Shown piece after piece: positions 22,619 to 34,468 of a DNA stretch of 40,969 bases; position 1 is the first letter of the stretch; each line of letters begins with the position of its first letter. The notes under the pieces were generated by a model. The model was not told where the DNA came from. It was given only the letters and a program-made list of their open reading frames with translations, and made no database searches. The translations under genes and the position numbers were made by a program. This stretch comes from Chiloscyllium plagiosum (lineage: Eukaryota). The stretch covers positions 76,291,826 to 76,332,794 of the forward strand of contig NC_057718.1 in NCBI RefSeq assembly GCF_004010195.1, given 5' to 3'.

Positions 22619-25600
22619 AGAGATCAAATGAGGTATGGCATTTAAAGGTAGAAAGCTGGGTGGGGAAAGAGAGGGGCCAGGGAGAGATAACGATTTAACT
22701 AATTCACATGAAGGAAATGCTTTGTCTGAATAATTACATCCACATATTTTCATATTAGGAACTAACAGAAGCACCATGACATATAGCTTAATACTTCGTA
22801 AAAATAGTATGTTTTCTCCCAACGAAATAGTATATACTGAAGTACAAATGAATACCCTCTGGAAGAGAATTGAGAGAATCTCTGTATCTATAAAAGATAG
22901 CTTGTTAAATGGTTATTGACAGTTTATGTGCAGTGTATAATTTCAGAATGTGAAGTTTAAACATCACTGAGATACAGCTGTTAGATTAAAAAGTTTCTGT
23001 TATTAAAATTTTAGTACTAGTAATTCAGTAATTGAGAGGGTAGCAGATATAATCTCAGAATCTAATTAAAGATTGAAACTCTCAAAGAAATTATATTTTG
23101 CCTACATCTCCTTCAATACTGCTCAATTTGTCTTCCACATACCCGTCTCTAGCTATTAGATTTGAGCATAATTTCATTCACCTTTTCATAAAGCTCAGCT
23201 CACTCTCCTTCCCTTTCCCCTCATCTCTCACCCAAGCCCCCGTAACAGTCTTAGTATTCCACTCCGTTCCACTGTCTCAAATGACTAAACTATTGTTCCA
23301 GCTTTAATTCCCTCCTTAACAGCATTATGGGTCTACTCTCAGCACATGAACTGCAGTGGTTCAAGAAGGCAGTTCACCACAACTTTTTCAACGAGGGAAA
23401 GACAATAAATGCTGGCCAGGCCAGAGATTAATGACTTTTTCTCATTTTAGTCTTAAAAGAGACACCTTTTGGTTTTAGACTGTGAGCCCTGTTTTATACT
23501 GATATTGCAATATATGTTAATTGTAAACAATGTGACCAGTGTAGAGAATCTTCCCTTTTACTCATAATTAAGATTCTCTGCTGTTTTATAACAGACAAGA
23601 ATATTATTCACAATGTGTTATCCTACCAGTGAAGGAGGGGTTGCCTTTTGGAGGGCACAAAGTCTATCTGATAGTAAGTATACAGGATTTAAGGCAGTAC
23701 GATTTTAATGGTAAACCGCTCTAAAGAACAGTCAATATACTCAAAACATTAACTGTTTTTCTCTCTAGAGATGCTGCCAGACCTTCTGAGTTTCGCAGCA
23801 CCTTCTGTTTTTGTTTCAGAGTTTAAACAGTTCCTTTTAAAAGGCAAATTTTCAAGTTAAAAATTTACAACATGTCAAAAACACTCTTCATTTCTCCTTT
23901 CTCTCCTCACTCTCATCCAATGTGATCACCAAGGTAAATCAAAAGCTACAGATTATGATGTGTGTGTCAATAAGGGACTTGCCTATCATGGAGACACAAG
24001 CACATACAGGTGGGATTAGGTTAGTCTGGGATTGTGTAAAGGGTCTGTTTCTGCGCTGTATGAGTCAAAAAATTGTGAAAGGACTTTGACTTTGAAGTCT
24101 GACCAAGTTGTGGAAACTTCTGGCAAACATGAAAACTGGAAGTAGTTTTCAATACTGTTCATACTCCAGATAAGTAATTTTATTCAAGATGTAGTATTTT
24201 ACCATGTAAAGTACAATATAATATTCTGTTGCTGCTAAACAGGGAAATGCCTCAGAGGTTAATTCACAAAAAAAACACACGTTATTGATCACAAACTTTG
24301 CTTTGTGGGAAGCTCATTGTGGAGCCTGTAGCCATTGTCATAATCAAACATCTACTCCTGCAGAGTTTTTTCTAGACTGTAAAGATCTCATGTTTCATGC
24401 AATGTCAAAATTTTAATTACAGCATTAGTAACTGGTGACCTCTCATAGTGCACATATACAGAATATAGCACATTAAGTTGAATGCATACACTTCTACATA
24501 AACTGGAACATTTAGTTATGTGTCGTTGTATATTATTCCAACGTTAAGGTGAGATTTTGTTCTTTTACAAAAACAATATTTAATTTCTATTAAATGCCAA
24601 GTATAAGAGACAATATATTTTCTCTCTTGGGAATAAGGCAAACTGAAATGGAAGTTGGACATCTACAACTGAAAAAAGGAGAGTTTTGCGACTTAAAAAA
24701 GCAAGTGCTTCACATCATGGAGCTACGTGATACAAGGTTATATTGACAAGGAGAACAAGAGCCCAAATGACACAAAATCATGTCAGTTAAAGAAATTCTG
24801 CCTGACAACAGCCCTCTGGTGTTAAAAAGCTGCAAGTGTCACTACAACAGAGGAAAGAAAACTTGCCAGAGCCTATAGAATGCTTCCATTTGGGAAAAAA
24901 AAGGAAAAGAAAAGAATGCAGTAATAAAAAAATTCTAAAACAAGACCTGGGTCCACCTAATCAATAACTCAATTGAGGAACAACAATAACTGTACAGACC
25001 ACCATTATTGCTAAAATCTCTAAAGTACAGAGAAAAATAACTTTCGACCTTATGGTCACTGATCTTAAGAATTTTGCTTTCCTAGTCGATATTCTTTACT
25101 CATCCATTGCATCTGTGTTAAACACAGTCTTTTGTTTCCCTTAATCATGAGTGACCGTAATCATATTTAGAGCTTTTTAAAAAGGTTATAGCTTAAATTG
25201 CATAGTAGGAGATTAGAAATATTCTCATTTCTTCTTTTCTGAAGGAGAAATATGTAACAATAAATAGTTATCTTATCCTTATATGATTGCTTTTGTCCCA
25301 AGAAACAGGAAGGCAAATTGGTTACTTTGGTCGTCTCCTCAGGATCTTTTTCAGGATCTTTTTCTAAATTATGCATTTTGTGGCAGCTTGTCGAGCAGTG
25401 TGGCACAATGATCAGCATACTCTTTGCAGATAAATTATGACATAAGTAACAGAGCTCAATTACAATCCTTACTACAGACCAGAACTCTGCCATTCTCTCA
25501 AGATGATTGGTAAGACAAAGCATTTTGCAATGCCAATTAAGCCATTTTAAATTAATCTTGAAAATTATTCTATTTTTGTTTCTTTATACTCCCTTGCTTC

Positions 25601-27039
25601 ATGTTTGTTTTAAAATAAGTGTTTTATATAAATTTGCATTAGACACTTGATTAGCATTCTAGTAACATTTTACTAATGTTCTTCCCCCCCGTTCTAAGCC
25701 CAAATCTCTCAACATCAGAAATTGGCAAAAGAACTGCCCCAAGTGCCTTAGCTGTCCATTCACAAATTCATAGTTATATTGCTTTTAATTCATTTTGATA
25801 TCTTATCCATACACACCCCAGCCGACCCTTGATAAACTTAATTGTTCTTCCCAGTATACAACTACCTTTGCTCCGTCAAATTCAAATATTGCAAACGTAA
25901 GCATATTTGGTTTTCATCACTGGATCTAGCTAAAATACAAATCATCAGGTTCTTGTGCTGTAGTGGTAGCGTCATTGTCTCTGAGCCAGGATACCCAGGT
26001 TCCAGTCCCACCTGCTCCAGAAATGTGTAATAACATCCCCGAGCAGGCTGATTAGAAAATGCACAAAGCATTTTGGTCGAGGTTGTCCATTAATAAAAAT
26101 AACTGCACAATATTCAAAAATCATACAGGAACAAAAGATAACATGAATTCTCCTCCCTCCTCAATCCAGCAGGTCAAACTTCCTCTCAAGCTTATTCTTG
26201 TTCTAACCTTGAATTCAAAGCTGTCTCTAGTCTCTCCCTCATCTCTCCATGTGCGTAATTGTCCCGAGACCCATTTCCTGCCATAGGCATAATTTGCCAT
26301 ACATGCTACATTAGCTGAGATAATAGTTCTTTCCCTTCAGATACAATCCCTCTTTCTTCAAACCTGCTATCTCCCCTACACAAAAAAAGTCAGCTCGTGC
26401 AAACTATCCATCTTGTACCTCCTCAACCTAGCCAAGATCCTCGTTCTTGTTGTTGCCTCTAAAATCCAGATCTACCTATCTTAGGAATTTCTTTAATGAA
26501 CACCTGCAATCAAATTTCCCCCAATAGCACAAGTTTTTTTTAAGCAAAGTTATAAATGAAATCCTCGTTGACAGTGAAAAAGGATAAACAACCCTTTCTC
26601 ACTCTTTCTGCAGCTTCTGATGTTCTTGATCATGAAATTCCACTCCAGCACCTACACCATTGTGCAGCTAGGTGAGATGCTCTTGCCTGCTTTCATTTGT
26701 ACTTATCTTGTTATTGCCAGAGAATTACCTACAATGGCTTCACTTCTCACTCATGCACCCCGTTGCCCTTCAATGAAGGAATCTGGGTGGTCTGTTTTTC
26801 CCCCCAAGCTATTGGTACCCAGTTCTATCTCTCCTATATCTTTCCATGCTATCTTGCTGCTTATCCAACAACCAATATTGAATGACTGGAATTTCCTCTA
26901 TTTAAATATTTAGCAAATAAACTATGTTCTGTGGTTCCCGTAACTATTTCCTTTACACCACTGCCACCTCTAACCCTGGCAACTGACTGGACTGTTCACA
27001 ATCATGATATCCACACAAATTCAAAGTGAGCTTTCTACC

Positions 27040-27515
27040 ACACATTAACAGGACTACTTATTTCCAACTTTCCAAAGCTTTTACAATTTGCTTCAAATCA
27101 TTATTTACACCTTTATAATCTACAGACTAGATTGTACCACAATAATCCTTGCTGGTCTCTTGCATCCCATTCTCATATACTTGAGTTCTTTCAAAATTCT
27201 GCTAGTGTCCCCTAAATCATAAGTCCTAGTCACTCATCTCCTCTATGCTCATTGATCTATATCGCTCCACAGCTTCCAACCACTTCAGTATTTCCTATTT
27301 TAATCACGCCACCAGTGCCAGCTATGTCTTCAGTTGTTTGAACCTGAGCTCTAGAATTCCATCCACTTTTTTTTCCTCCTTAAGACACTGAAATCTACTA
27401 TCTTGACCAACTTTTTGGCAATCGAGCTGAATACCTTATTAGCCGGCTTGGTGTTCAATTTTGTTCCTTTGCGTTCCTTGAAAATCCCTTAGGATGCCTT
27501 ATTACTTTAAAGCTG
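27040..27515 (+). mobile_element. L2 LINE remnant
   Basis: IIYTFIIYRLDCTTIILAGL resembles the L2 motif LIHAFVTSRLDYCNSLLAGLP. Confidence 0.55.
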
Positions 27516-27544
27516 ATTTATAGAAGATTTTCATAGAATCCCTA

Positions 27545-27662
27545 AAGGAATCCAGAACACCCGGAAAAACAACCCATGCAGACATGGACAAAAATCCACA
27601 TAGACAGTCACCTGAGGGTGGAAATGAACGTGGGTCCCTAACATTGAGACAGCAATGCTGCC
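27545..27662 (-). mobile_element. HE1-like V-SINE fragment
   Basis: gaacacccgga...acccatgcagacatgg...tccacatagacagtcacctgagggtggaa is the reversed V-domain plus tRNA head. Confidence 0.7.
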
Positions 27663-27849
27663 CCTAGTTGGTTATTGTTGAATTGATGTGTAGATAACAT
27701 CCACTAAATATAGTAGTTTTAATTCTATCACAATAGAGAGAAAATTATGCCAGTAATCTATCCAACTTTTGAATTGGTAGTAATTTAAGTGACTCACGGG
27801 TAATTTTCTCTTTCCACGTGATTGTGCACAGTTTGTCAGTTACAACACA

Positions 27850-28235
27850 GCAACATTAGAGCTTTCAAGATCAGCAGTAAAGTTAAAAAAATAGGGTGTG
27901 AGATGATGCCAATCCTCTTTGGCGCATTCTCCATATTGCAATTGTACACTTCTGGCAATTCAAGTGAGGGCATACAGCTACACACCAGAGATTATGGTAC
28001 CCTGTTTAACTTGGCAAGTTCATGGCAAAACCCAACTGCATAAAGTACTAGTCCATGCATTGCTGTTTGAAGATTAGCTGTGACATTAGCAGCTTGTCCA
28101 GAAATGCAAGGACCTTAGACTGACAATCAGCGTTACAGAGACAAAGGTATGTGCCAGGATATAGAAACTTCATCTTCCACCAGCATTTTCACATATTTTG
28201 AATCAACAATTACCAGTAACTAATTTCTTGATGCT
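27850..28235 (+). mobile_element. RTE-clade LINE RT remnant
   Basis: AFKISSKVKKIGCEMMPILF...GIQLHTRDYGTLFNL resembles RTE GVKQGCVLAPTLF...RxDGxLFNL. Confidence 0.6.
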
Positions 28236-28257
28236 GAAATCAACAACAGGGGGATGA

Positions 28258-29465
28258 GAGCTGAAAAATGCGTTGCTGGAAAAGCGGAGCAGGTCAGGCA
28301 GCATCCAATGAGCAGGAGAATCGACGTTTTGGGCATAAGCCTTTCTTCAGAAATGAGGAGGGTGTACCAAGCAGGCTAAGATAAAAGGTAGGGAGGGGGG
28401 ACTTGGGGGAGGGGCATTGGGAATGCGATAGGTGGAAGGAGGTTAAGGTGAGGGTGATAGGCCAGAGAGGGGGTGGGGGCGGAGAGGTCGGGAAGAAGAT
28501 TGCAGGTCAAGAAGGCGGTGCTGAGTCCGAGGGGTGGGACTTAGACAAGGTGGGGGGAGGGGAAATGAGAAAGCTGGAGAAACCTGCATTCATCCCTCGT
28601 GGTTGGAGGGTTCCTAGGCGGAAGATGAGGCGCTCTTCCTCCAGGCATCGTGTTGCCAGGGTCTGGCGATGGAGGAGGCCAAGGACCTCCTCTCCCATAT
28701 CAGCGTTCTGGAAAGACCACTCCCTCCGCGACTCTCTCGTCAGGTCCACACCCCCCATCAACTCAACCTCCACTCCCGGCACCTTTCTCTGCAACCGCAA
28801 GAAATGCAAAACTTGCGCCCACACCTCCCCCCCTCACTTCCCTCCAAGGCCCCAAAGGATCCCTCCCTATCCATCACAAATTCACCTGCACCTCCACACA
28901 CATCATTTACTGCATCCGCTGCACCCGATGTGGCCTCCTCTACATCGAGAAGACTTGCAGAACGTTTCAGAGAACACCTCTGGGACACTCGCACCAACCA
29001 ACCCAACCACTCTGTGGCTGAACACTTTAACTCCCCCTCCCACTCCGCCAAGGACATGCAGGTTCTTGGACTCCTCCATCGCCAGTTGCAGTGGGAGAGG
29101 GACTCCCTGAGATTCTTGTAGAGAGAGGAGGAAAACTTCTTCAAGGCAGGCATCCTTGCAAGAGAATTCGCAGTAGGGTTAAAATTAACGAGGTAAAAAC
29201 AATGACTGCAGATGCTGGAAACCAGATTCTGGATCAGTGGTGCTGGAAGAGCACAGCAATTCAGGCAGCATCCGACGAGCAGCAACTCCAAGGTACTCTA
29301 TGCTACTTTCTCCCCACCCCCACCCCCACCCTCCTCTAGCTTATCTCTCCATGCTTCAGGCTCTCTGCCTTTATTCCTGATGAAGGGCTTTTGCCCAAAA
29401 CGTCGATTTTGCTGCTCGTCGGATGCTGCCTGAATTGCTGTGCTCTTCCAGCACCACTGATCTAG
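28258..29465. mobile_element. Composite Penelope-like locus with alternating orientations (-, +, -, +)
   Basis: HIIYCIRCTRCGLLYI, RLAERFREHL and VAEHFNSPSH (GIY-YIG region); EERLIFRLGTLQPRGMN on the minus strand; an inverted pLTR pair; decayed hammerheads at 28319-28354 (-) and 29373-29408 (+). Confidence 0.92.
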
Positions 29466-30727
29466 AACAATGCACGATAAGTCATTCCTGACTGGATTGT
29501 TTGTGTTTGGGAAGGCCATAGAAAAAGCAGAGGACCAATGCAATGACCAGGTACTGGAAGCAGGATCTCAAAATTGATGAACAATTTGTATCAGCACTGG
29601 AAGGGATTATACGAGTGCCAGTTTCTACTGCCTAAAACAAACAAATTTAATTTCACAAGCTGCATCCACCCAGGCACAATCTATCATCTCATGAGATGGC
29701 TTATTGCTAGTTAACATAATGTAGATTTTGTTCAGCACACTTTTTCTAATAGCAAAAACAAGTGCAAAGCCAAAACATTTTACATAACACACCATAAATA
29801 CACAGAAAATGAGAGAGGGAAGATAGGCAAGAGTAAAAACATCATTTATTCAGCACCCTACTGAAATGAATTTGACAAAAATGGACTCAAACTTAAAATG
29901 ATTTGTACATTTATCCCAATCCCAAAATTGAAGAACTTTGAGACCCAAGGTCGAACTCAAATTGTTAGTAGTGACTATATATGTGAACAGTCGCATGGGA
30001 AGGTGGAGAAACAACTGGGACACTTATTTACCTTACTCAGTACAATAAAAGTATGTTTTAACCCAACATGGATCAATGACAGTTGTCGCCAAAAGTACAT
30101 AGCAATAAAAGGCCAACTAAAGAAGGAAAGCTAAACAAAACAAAATTTAAATGTTTTCCAGTGAAACTGCTTTAAATACCTTATCTCATCCTTTCACTGC
30201 AATATCTGGATTAACTCGGACGACAGGTGCTTAAATTGAAATGTCAACATAGTACAAGTAAACTAGAAAGATATTTCTAAAACTGGAGGACTTCTACCTT
30301 GTTGGAGATGGTAAAATTTTGAACTATTATTCCACATATTTGTACACCGTGAGATTACGATTACGTTTACGACGACGTTTAGCAGAAGTAAAATCAAAGC
30401 TTTAGAATATAAAACACGTACTTAACAACAGGAATAGAAATGATAACAGTTGTGTGTCGCTGCTACTTCTAATACTTCACTTCCGTACTTTTTTGTTTAA
30501 AGTTGACCTACAGACAGAACAGTTTTAAATGCAGGTTTCTGTCACTTCTGTGGGCCTACATCATCTAGAACAAGCCTTTAAATCAACACATACACTGAAA
30601 CCAATTACCCTGCCCTTTAAGGCGCACACAATTTGTGCAAAAGCCAGGTCTTTTCTTTTCCTTCAGCGATAACAAACAAACCGACATTACTCTCTCCAAT
30701 AACCAATAGCCGGTGACGCTAGCTCAC

Positions 30728-30758
30728 CTTCCAAAAGTAGGCTTCTCCTTCCCGCCAT
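30728..30758 (-). CDS. SENP6: Coding exon 1 of a SENP6-like SUMO-specific protease (MAGRRSLLLE + 1 nt)
   Basis: Minus strand reads aaaATGGCGGGAAGGAGAAGCCTACTTTTGGAAG|gtgagc: strong Kozak context, consensus donor, phase 1, inside the CpG-rich island. Joined to exon 2 it gives LLEALDRS..., resembling human SENP6 [21 protein letters not shown] (recalled, not searched). A SENP7-type paralog is not excluded. Confidence 0.75.
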
Positions 30759-30766
30759 TTTTATTT

Positions 30767-30835
30767 TCAGTCCTTTGTGGCCTCCGGCCCAGCGGTACCG
30801 GCGGAGCACGGACTGCACAACATCAGCTCGGCCAT
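30767..30835 (-). promoter_or_regulatory. Candidate upstream ORF (MAELMLCSPCSAGTAGPEATKD*)
   Basis: gacATGG strong context; the TGA lies 8 nt upstream of the main ATG. It is relevant only if the TSS is upstream of 30835. Confidence 0.45.
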
Positions 30836-31261
30836 GTCAGTGCGCACAGTCTGGGGGGAGGGGGAGGAAGGAGACACCAGGCCGGAACCAACCAATCCGG
30901 AACTCAACAGCCGGCACCGGATCTCCCGGGAACCTAGCAGCTCTGGCCCTGCCTACATCTAATGATACTCCGCTGCCAGCGATCCTGTCTAGTGTTTGAT
31001 GTGTGTTGTAAATTTTTGTACGTAAAAACAATTAAAAAGTTAGTACTCTCGATTTTTCCCAACGTATGTTTCAGGAATGGTATGCATTTATCTGTATTGA
31101 ACAAAAACATTGTGTGGCATATCTAGGGTCTGTAGATTTTCAGTGGTTTGTATTCCTCTAGCAGTTTTTTGTTTCACTCTCCAACTCAATCGCTAGGCTG
31201 TGCCTATCTCTTGCATGAGTGACTGTATGCATATTTAGAATTTTTCAAACAGTCATGTGAT

Positions 31262-31597
31262 TTTTGCAAGGTTTGTAGCTCAGGTTGAGGTTTAGGGTGT
31301 AGGATTGCTCGCTGAGCTGTAGGTTTGATATCCAGACGTTTCATTACCTGGCTAGGTAACATCATCAATGACGTTAAAAATCACACAACACCAGGTTATA
31401 GTCCAACAGGTTTAATTGGAAGCACACTAGCTTTCGGAGCGACGCTCCTTCATCAGGTGATTGTGTACACCCCAGTCCAACACTGGCATCTCCAAATCAT
31501 CATCACTGACGACCTCCAAGTGAAGCGAAGCTGTTGTCTCCTACTTTTTATTTACATGTTTGTCCTGGATGGGGTTCCTGGGGTTTGTGGTGATGTT
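31262..31597 (-). mobile_element. Penelope pLTR fragment (same family as 8006-8180) interrupted by a second Penelope end at 31374-31497
   Basis: Near-identity to 8008-8176. The insert is flanked by CATCATCAATGACG and CATCATCACTGACG. Confidence 0.88.
31425..31459 (-). ncRNA. Minimal hammerhead ribozyme motif, core intact
   Basis: Minus strand CAC-CTGATGA-A-GGAGC-GTC-GCTCC-GAAAG-CTA-GTG: perfect 5-bp stem II, palindromic AGCT stem III, CUA triplet, stem I CAC/GTG. Confidence 0.75.
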
Positions 31598-31614
31598 TGA
31601 GAGGAGAAAGATAC

Positions 31615-33625
31615 CATTAGTATTTTTCTAATCCAATGGAATCTTTCCAGTATTCAGGAAATTTTGAAATATTATAAATCAATGCTACCACTTCCTTTAA
31701 AACACTGGGATCGAGACTATCAGGCCCTGACTTGTCTGCCTTTAATTACAATAGTTTGCTCTGTAGTTCTTTCCCTAGTTACTGTAATTGTTTTATGTTC
31801 CTTCTTTTCTGTAACCTTTGCATTACCTGTTGCTATGGGGATCATACTGGTATCCTACAATGTGTGAAACTTAAGGCAAAACATTAATTTAGGCTCTCTG
31901 CCATTCTGTGTTTCCCATTATTATCTACACAGTCTCATCCTCTGAAGAACCAACATTCAGCTACTCATCCTTTTTTATATACTTATAGAAGCTTTTGGTA
32001 ATCTGTTTTATTTTGATCTAGCTTCCTTTCATTAATTTACCTTCTGTTTATTTTATTATCTTTATTTTGGTAACCCTCTGGTCTTTAAAAGTTTCCCACT
32101 ACTCCAAACTGACTCTGACCTTTGGTATGTCTAAGTTCTAATTTTCATATTACCTTTAATGTCCTTGCTTATAGCCATGCATGTTTTCCCTCTCTTGCAA
32201 TCTTTCTTCCACTCTGGAATATATTTTAGTTGACAGAAATTGAATATCTGCTTAAATATCTGTCACTGTTTGTCAACTGTCTTCCCTTTTAGTTGTCTGT
32301 CAAGACCATTAAATCTGCCCTCACACCTATGTAAATACCTTTGTTTAACACCTGAATACTATTGTGGGTCTGAGGCTTCTCATCCTCAAACTGAACTTAA
32401 AATTCCAGCATGCTGTGGTTTCTCTTCCCTAAGGGATCCTTTACTAGGAGATCATTAATTAATCCCATCTTATTACATAATACTAAATCCAAAATAGCCT
32501 GCTCCCCTGTTGGTTCTCCCACTAAAAATGTTCCAAAAAACAAACTCAAATACACTATAAAATCTCCCTTGAGGCTACCCTTGCAATTTAATTAATCTAG
32601 TCTGTATGCGTACTAAAATCACCCATAATTATTGTCACACCTTTCTTATGAGCCTTCAATATTGTCTTGTTTATACTGTGTCCTGCTGTGGAACTACAGT
32701 ATTGTTAGGAGACCTATAATACTCCCACCAGGGACTTCTTTTCTGTGCTATTTTTTTATTTCTGATTCCACATTTTGATCTCCTGTGCCAAAATAAATCA
32801 CAGGAGAGCACTGATCCTATCCTTTACTAACAATGCTACACCACCTCCTTTCTTTTTTTTGAAACACTAAATACCTTTGGATATTCAACTCCCAGACCTG
32901 GTCTTCCTGTAAACTTATCTCGGTAACTGCCACTAATTCATACCTGTTTGCCTTTAATTGCTCTGTACATTCATTAATTTTATTCTGCGCACTTTTGCAC
33001 ATTCAGATACAAAGCATCAAAGATTGCTGTATTATCAATCTTCCCCAATATTGCATGATTCTTTGGTGAAATATGATGTTTCCACACTCAGTCTCTTCCT
33101 TTCATTTTCTGTAAACAATCAGCCTCATCACTAACTTGCACTCCTGCCTTCTCCTTACAGTTTAAATTTTCCATACAATTGACATCTCCCATCTCCACTA
33201 TTTGGTTTAAAGCCCTATCTGCAGATCTTGTTATGTGAATCACTAGAACTCTGGTCCCAGCATGATTCAAGTGGAGCCTGACCGAGTGGAACAGTTTCAT
33301 TTTTCCCCAGTACTGTTGCCAATGTCCTATGAAATCAAACCCATTTCTCCCACACCAATCTTTGAGCAATGCAATCAGCTCTTTAGTCTCATTGACCCTG
33401 TGCCAATTAACTTCTACCTCAGATAGTAATCTGGAGATTATTACCTTTGTGGTTCTGCACCTCACTGCTTATATTCCATCAGCAGAACCTCTCTCCTTGT
33501 TCTGCCTATATTGTTGGTACCTACAAGGACCCCAACAATGAATCTTTCCCCTCCCAGTCCACATTCGTCTGCAGTACAGACGGAATATCCTTAACCCTGG
33601 CACCACATATCTTGGGACTATCAAT
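31615..33625 (-). mobile_element. Old CR1 (ORF1 SGNH esterase-like region + ORF2 endonuclease)
   Basis: WCGRNGFDFIGHW...LHLNHAGT (CR1 ORF1 esterase); YELVAVTE and GVIIGL/EGL endonuclease remnants. Confidence 0.85.
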
Positions 33626-33639
33626 CCTGGCTAACTCAG

Positions 33640-34468
33640 AGACTTGAGTGATGTAATTTTGTTAAGGGGAAGTCATATTTGACCAATTCGGAGGTGTTGC
33701 CTTTTTGTAAGATGAACAAGGGCAAGACTTGCACAGTAAATAGTAGGGCCCTGGGGAGTATTGTAGAATAGAAAGACCTAGGGGTTCAGATATGTAGTTC
33801 ATTGAAATTTGTGTCAAAAGTAGAGAATGACAAAGAAGGTATTTGCTTGCCTTCATTGCTCAGATCTTTGAATATAGGAGTTGGGAATCATGCTGAGGTT
33901 GTACAAGGTGTTGGTGAGGCCACATTTGAGGTATTGTGTACATTTCTGGTCACCCTGCTATAGGAAGGATATTACTAAATTAGAGAGGGTGCAGTAAAGA
34001 GTTACAGGGATGTTACTGGGATTGGACGGTTTGTGTTATAAAGGAGAGGCTGGATGAGCTGCGATTCATTTCACTGGAGTGTACAGAGTTTAAGGGATGA
34101 CCTTACAGAGGTTTATAAAATCATGAAGGGCATAGACTAAGTGAGTAGCAAAGGTCTTTTCCATAGGATTTGTGAGTTCAAAACTAGAGCTCCTAATTTG
34201 AAGGGGAGAGGAGAAAGATTTCATATAGAGGGTGAAACGTTTTCATGTAGAAGATGCTTCATATGTGGAATGAACTTTCACAGAAAGCGGTAGATGCAGG
34301 TACAGTTACAACATTTAAAAAAACATCTGTAAAGGTACATGAATGGAAAGATTTAGAAGGCTATGGGCCAAGTGCAGGCAAATGGAATTTAGTTTGGGAC
34401 ACTTGGTCACTATGGTCAAGTTGGACCAAAGGGTCTGATTCCATGCTGTATGACTTGATGACTATAAC
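33640..34468 (+). mobile_element. CR1 3' fragment
   Basis: LVRPHLRYCVHFWSP, MWNELSQ and tail ccatgctgtatgacttgatgactat. Confidence 0.88.

Larger units (their letters stand above)
30690..30990 (-). promoter_or_regulatory. CpG-island promoter / 5'UTR of the SENP6-like gene
   Basis: Locally GC- and CpG-rich, non-repeat sequence in an AT-rich window. YY1-type AAAATGGCGG overlaps the ATG; CCAAT motifs near 30696, 30703 and 30892; an ETS-like CCGGAA near 30882. Confidence 0.75.

Noticed and set aside
24060..25900. Unique AT-rich block inspected for exons, snoRNAs or miRNAs
   Set aside because: I saw no convincing splice pair, C/D or H/ACA box arrangement, or hairpin by eye; an Rfam or conservation scan would be needed.
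28403..29110. Longest ORF in the track (235 aa) as a novel gene
   Set aside because: It is an off-frame/antisense read-through across an inverted Penelope junction, is low complexity and has no splice context.
30037..30130. Cryptic minus-strand exon (ttgtttag...TGA|gtaagg)
   Set aside because: Pyrimidine-rich, intron-like content with no coding similarity and no supporting evidence.
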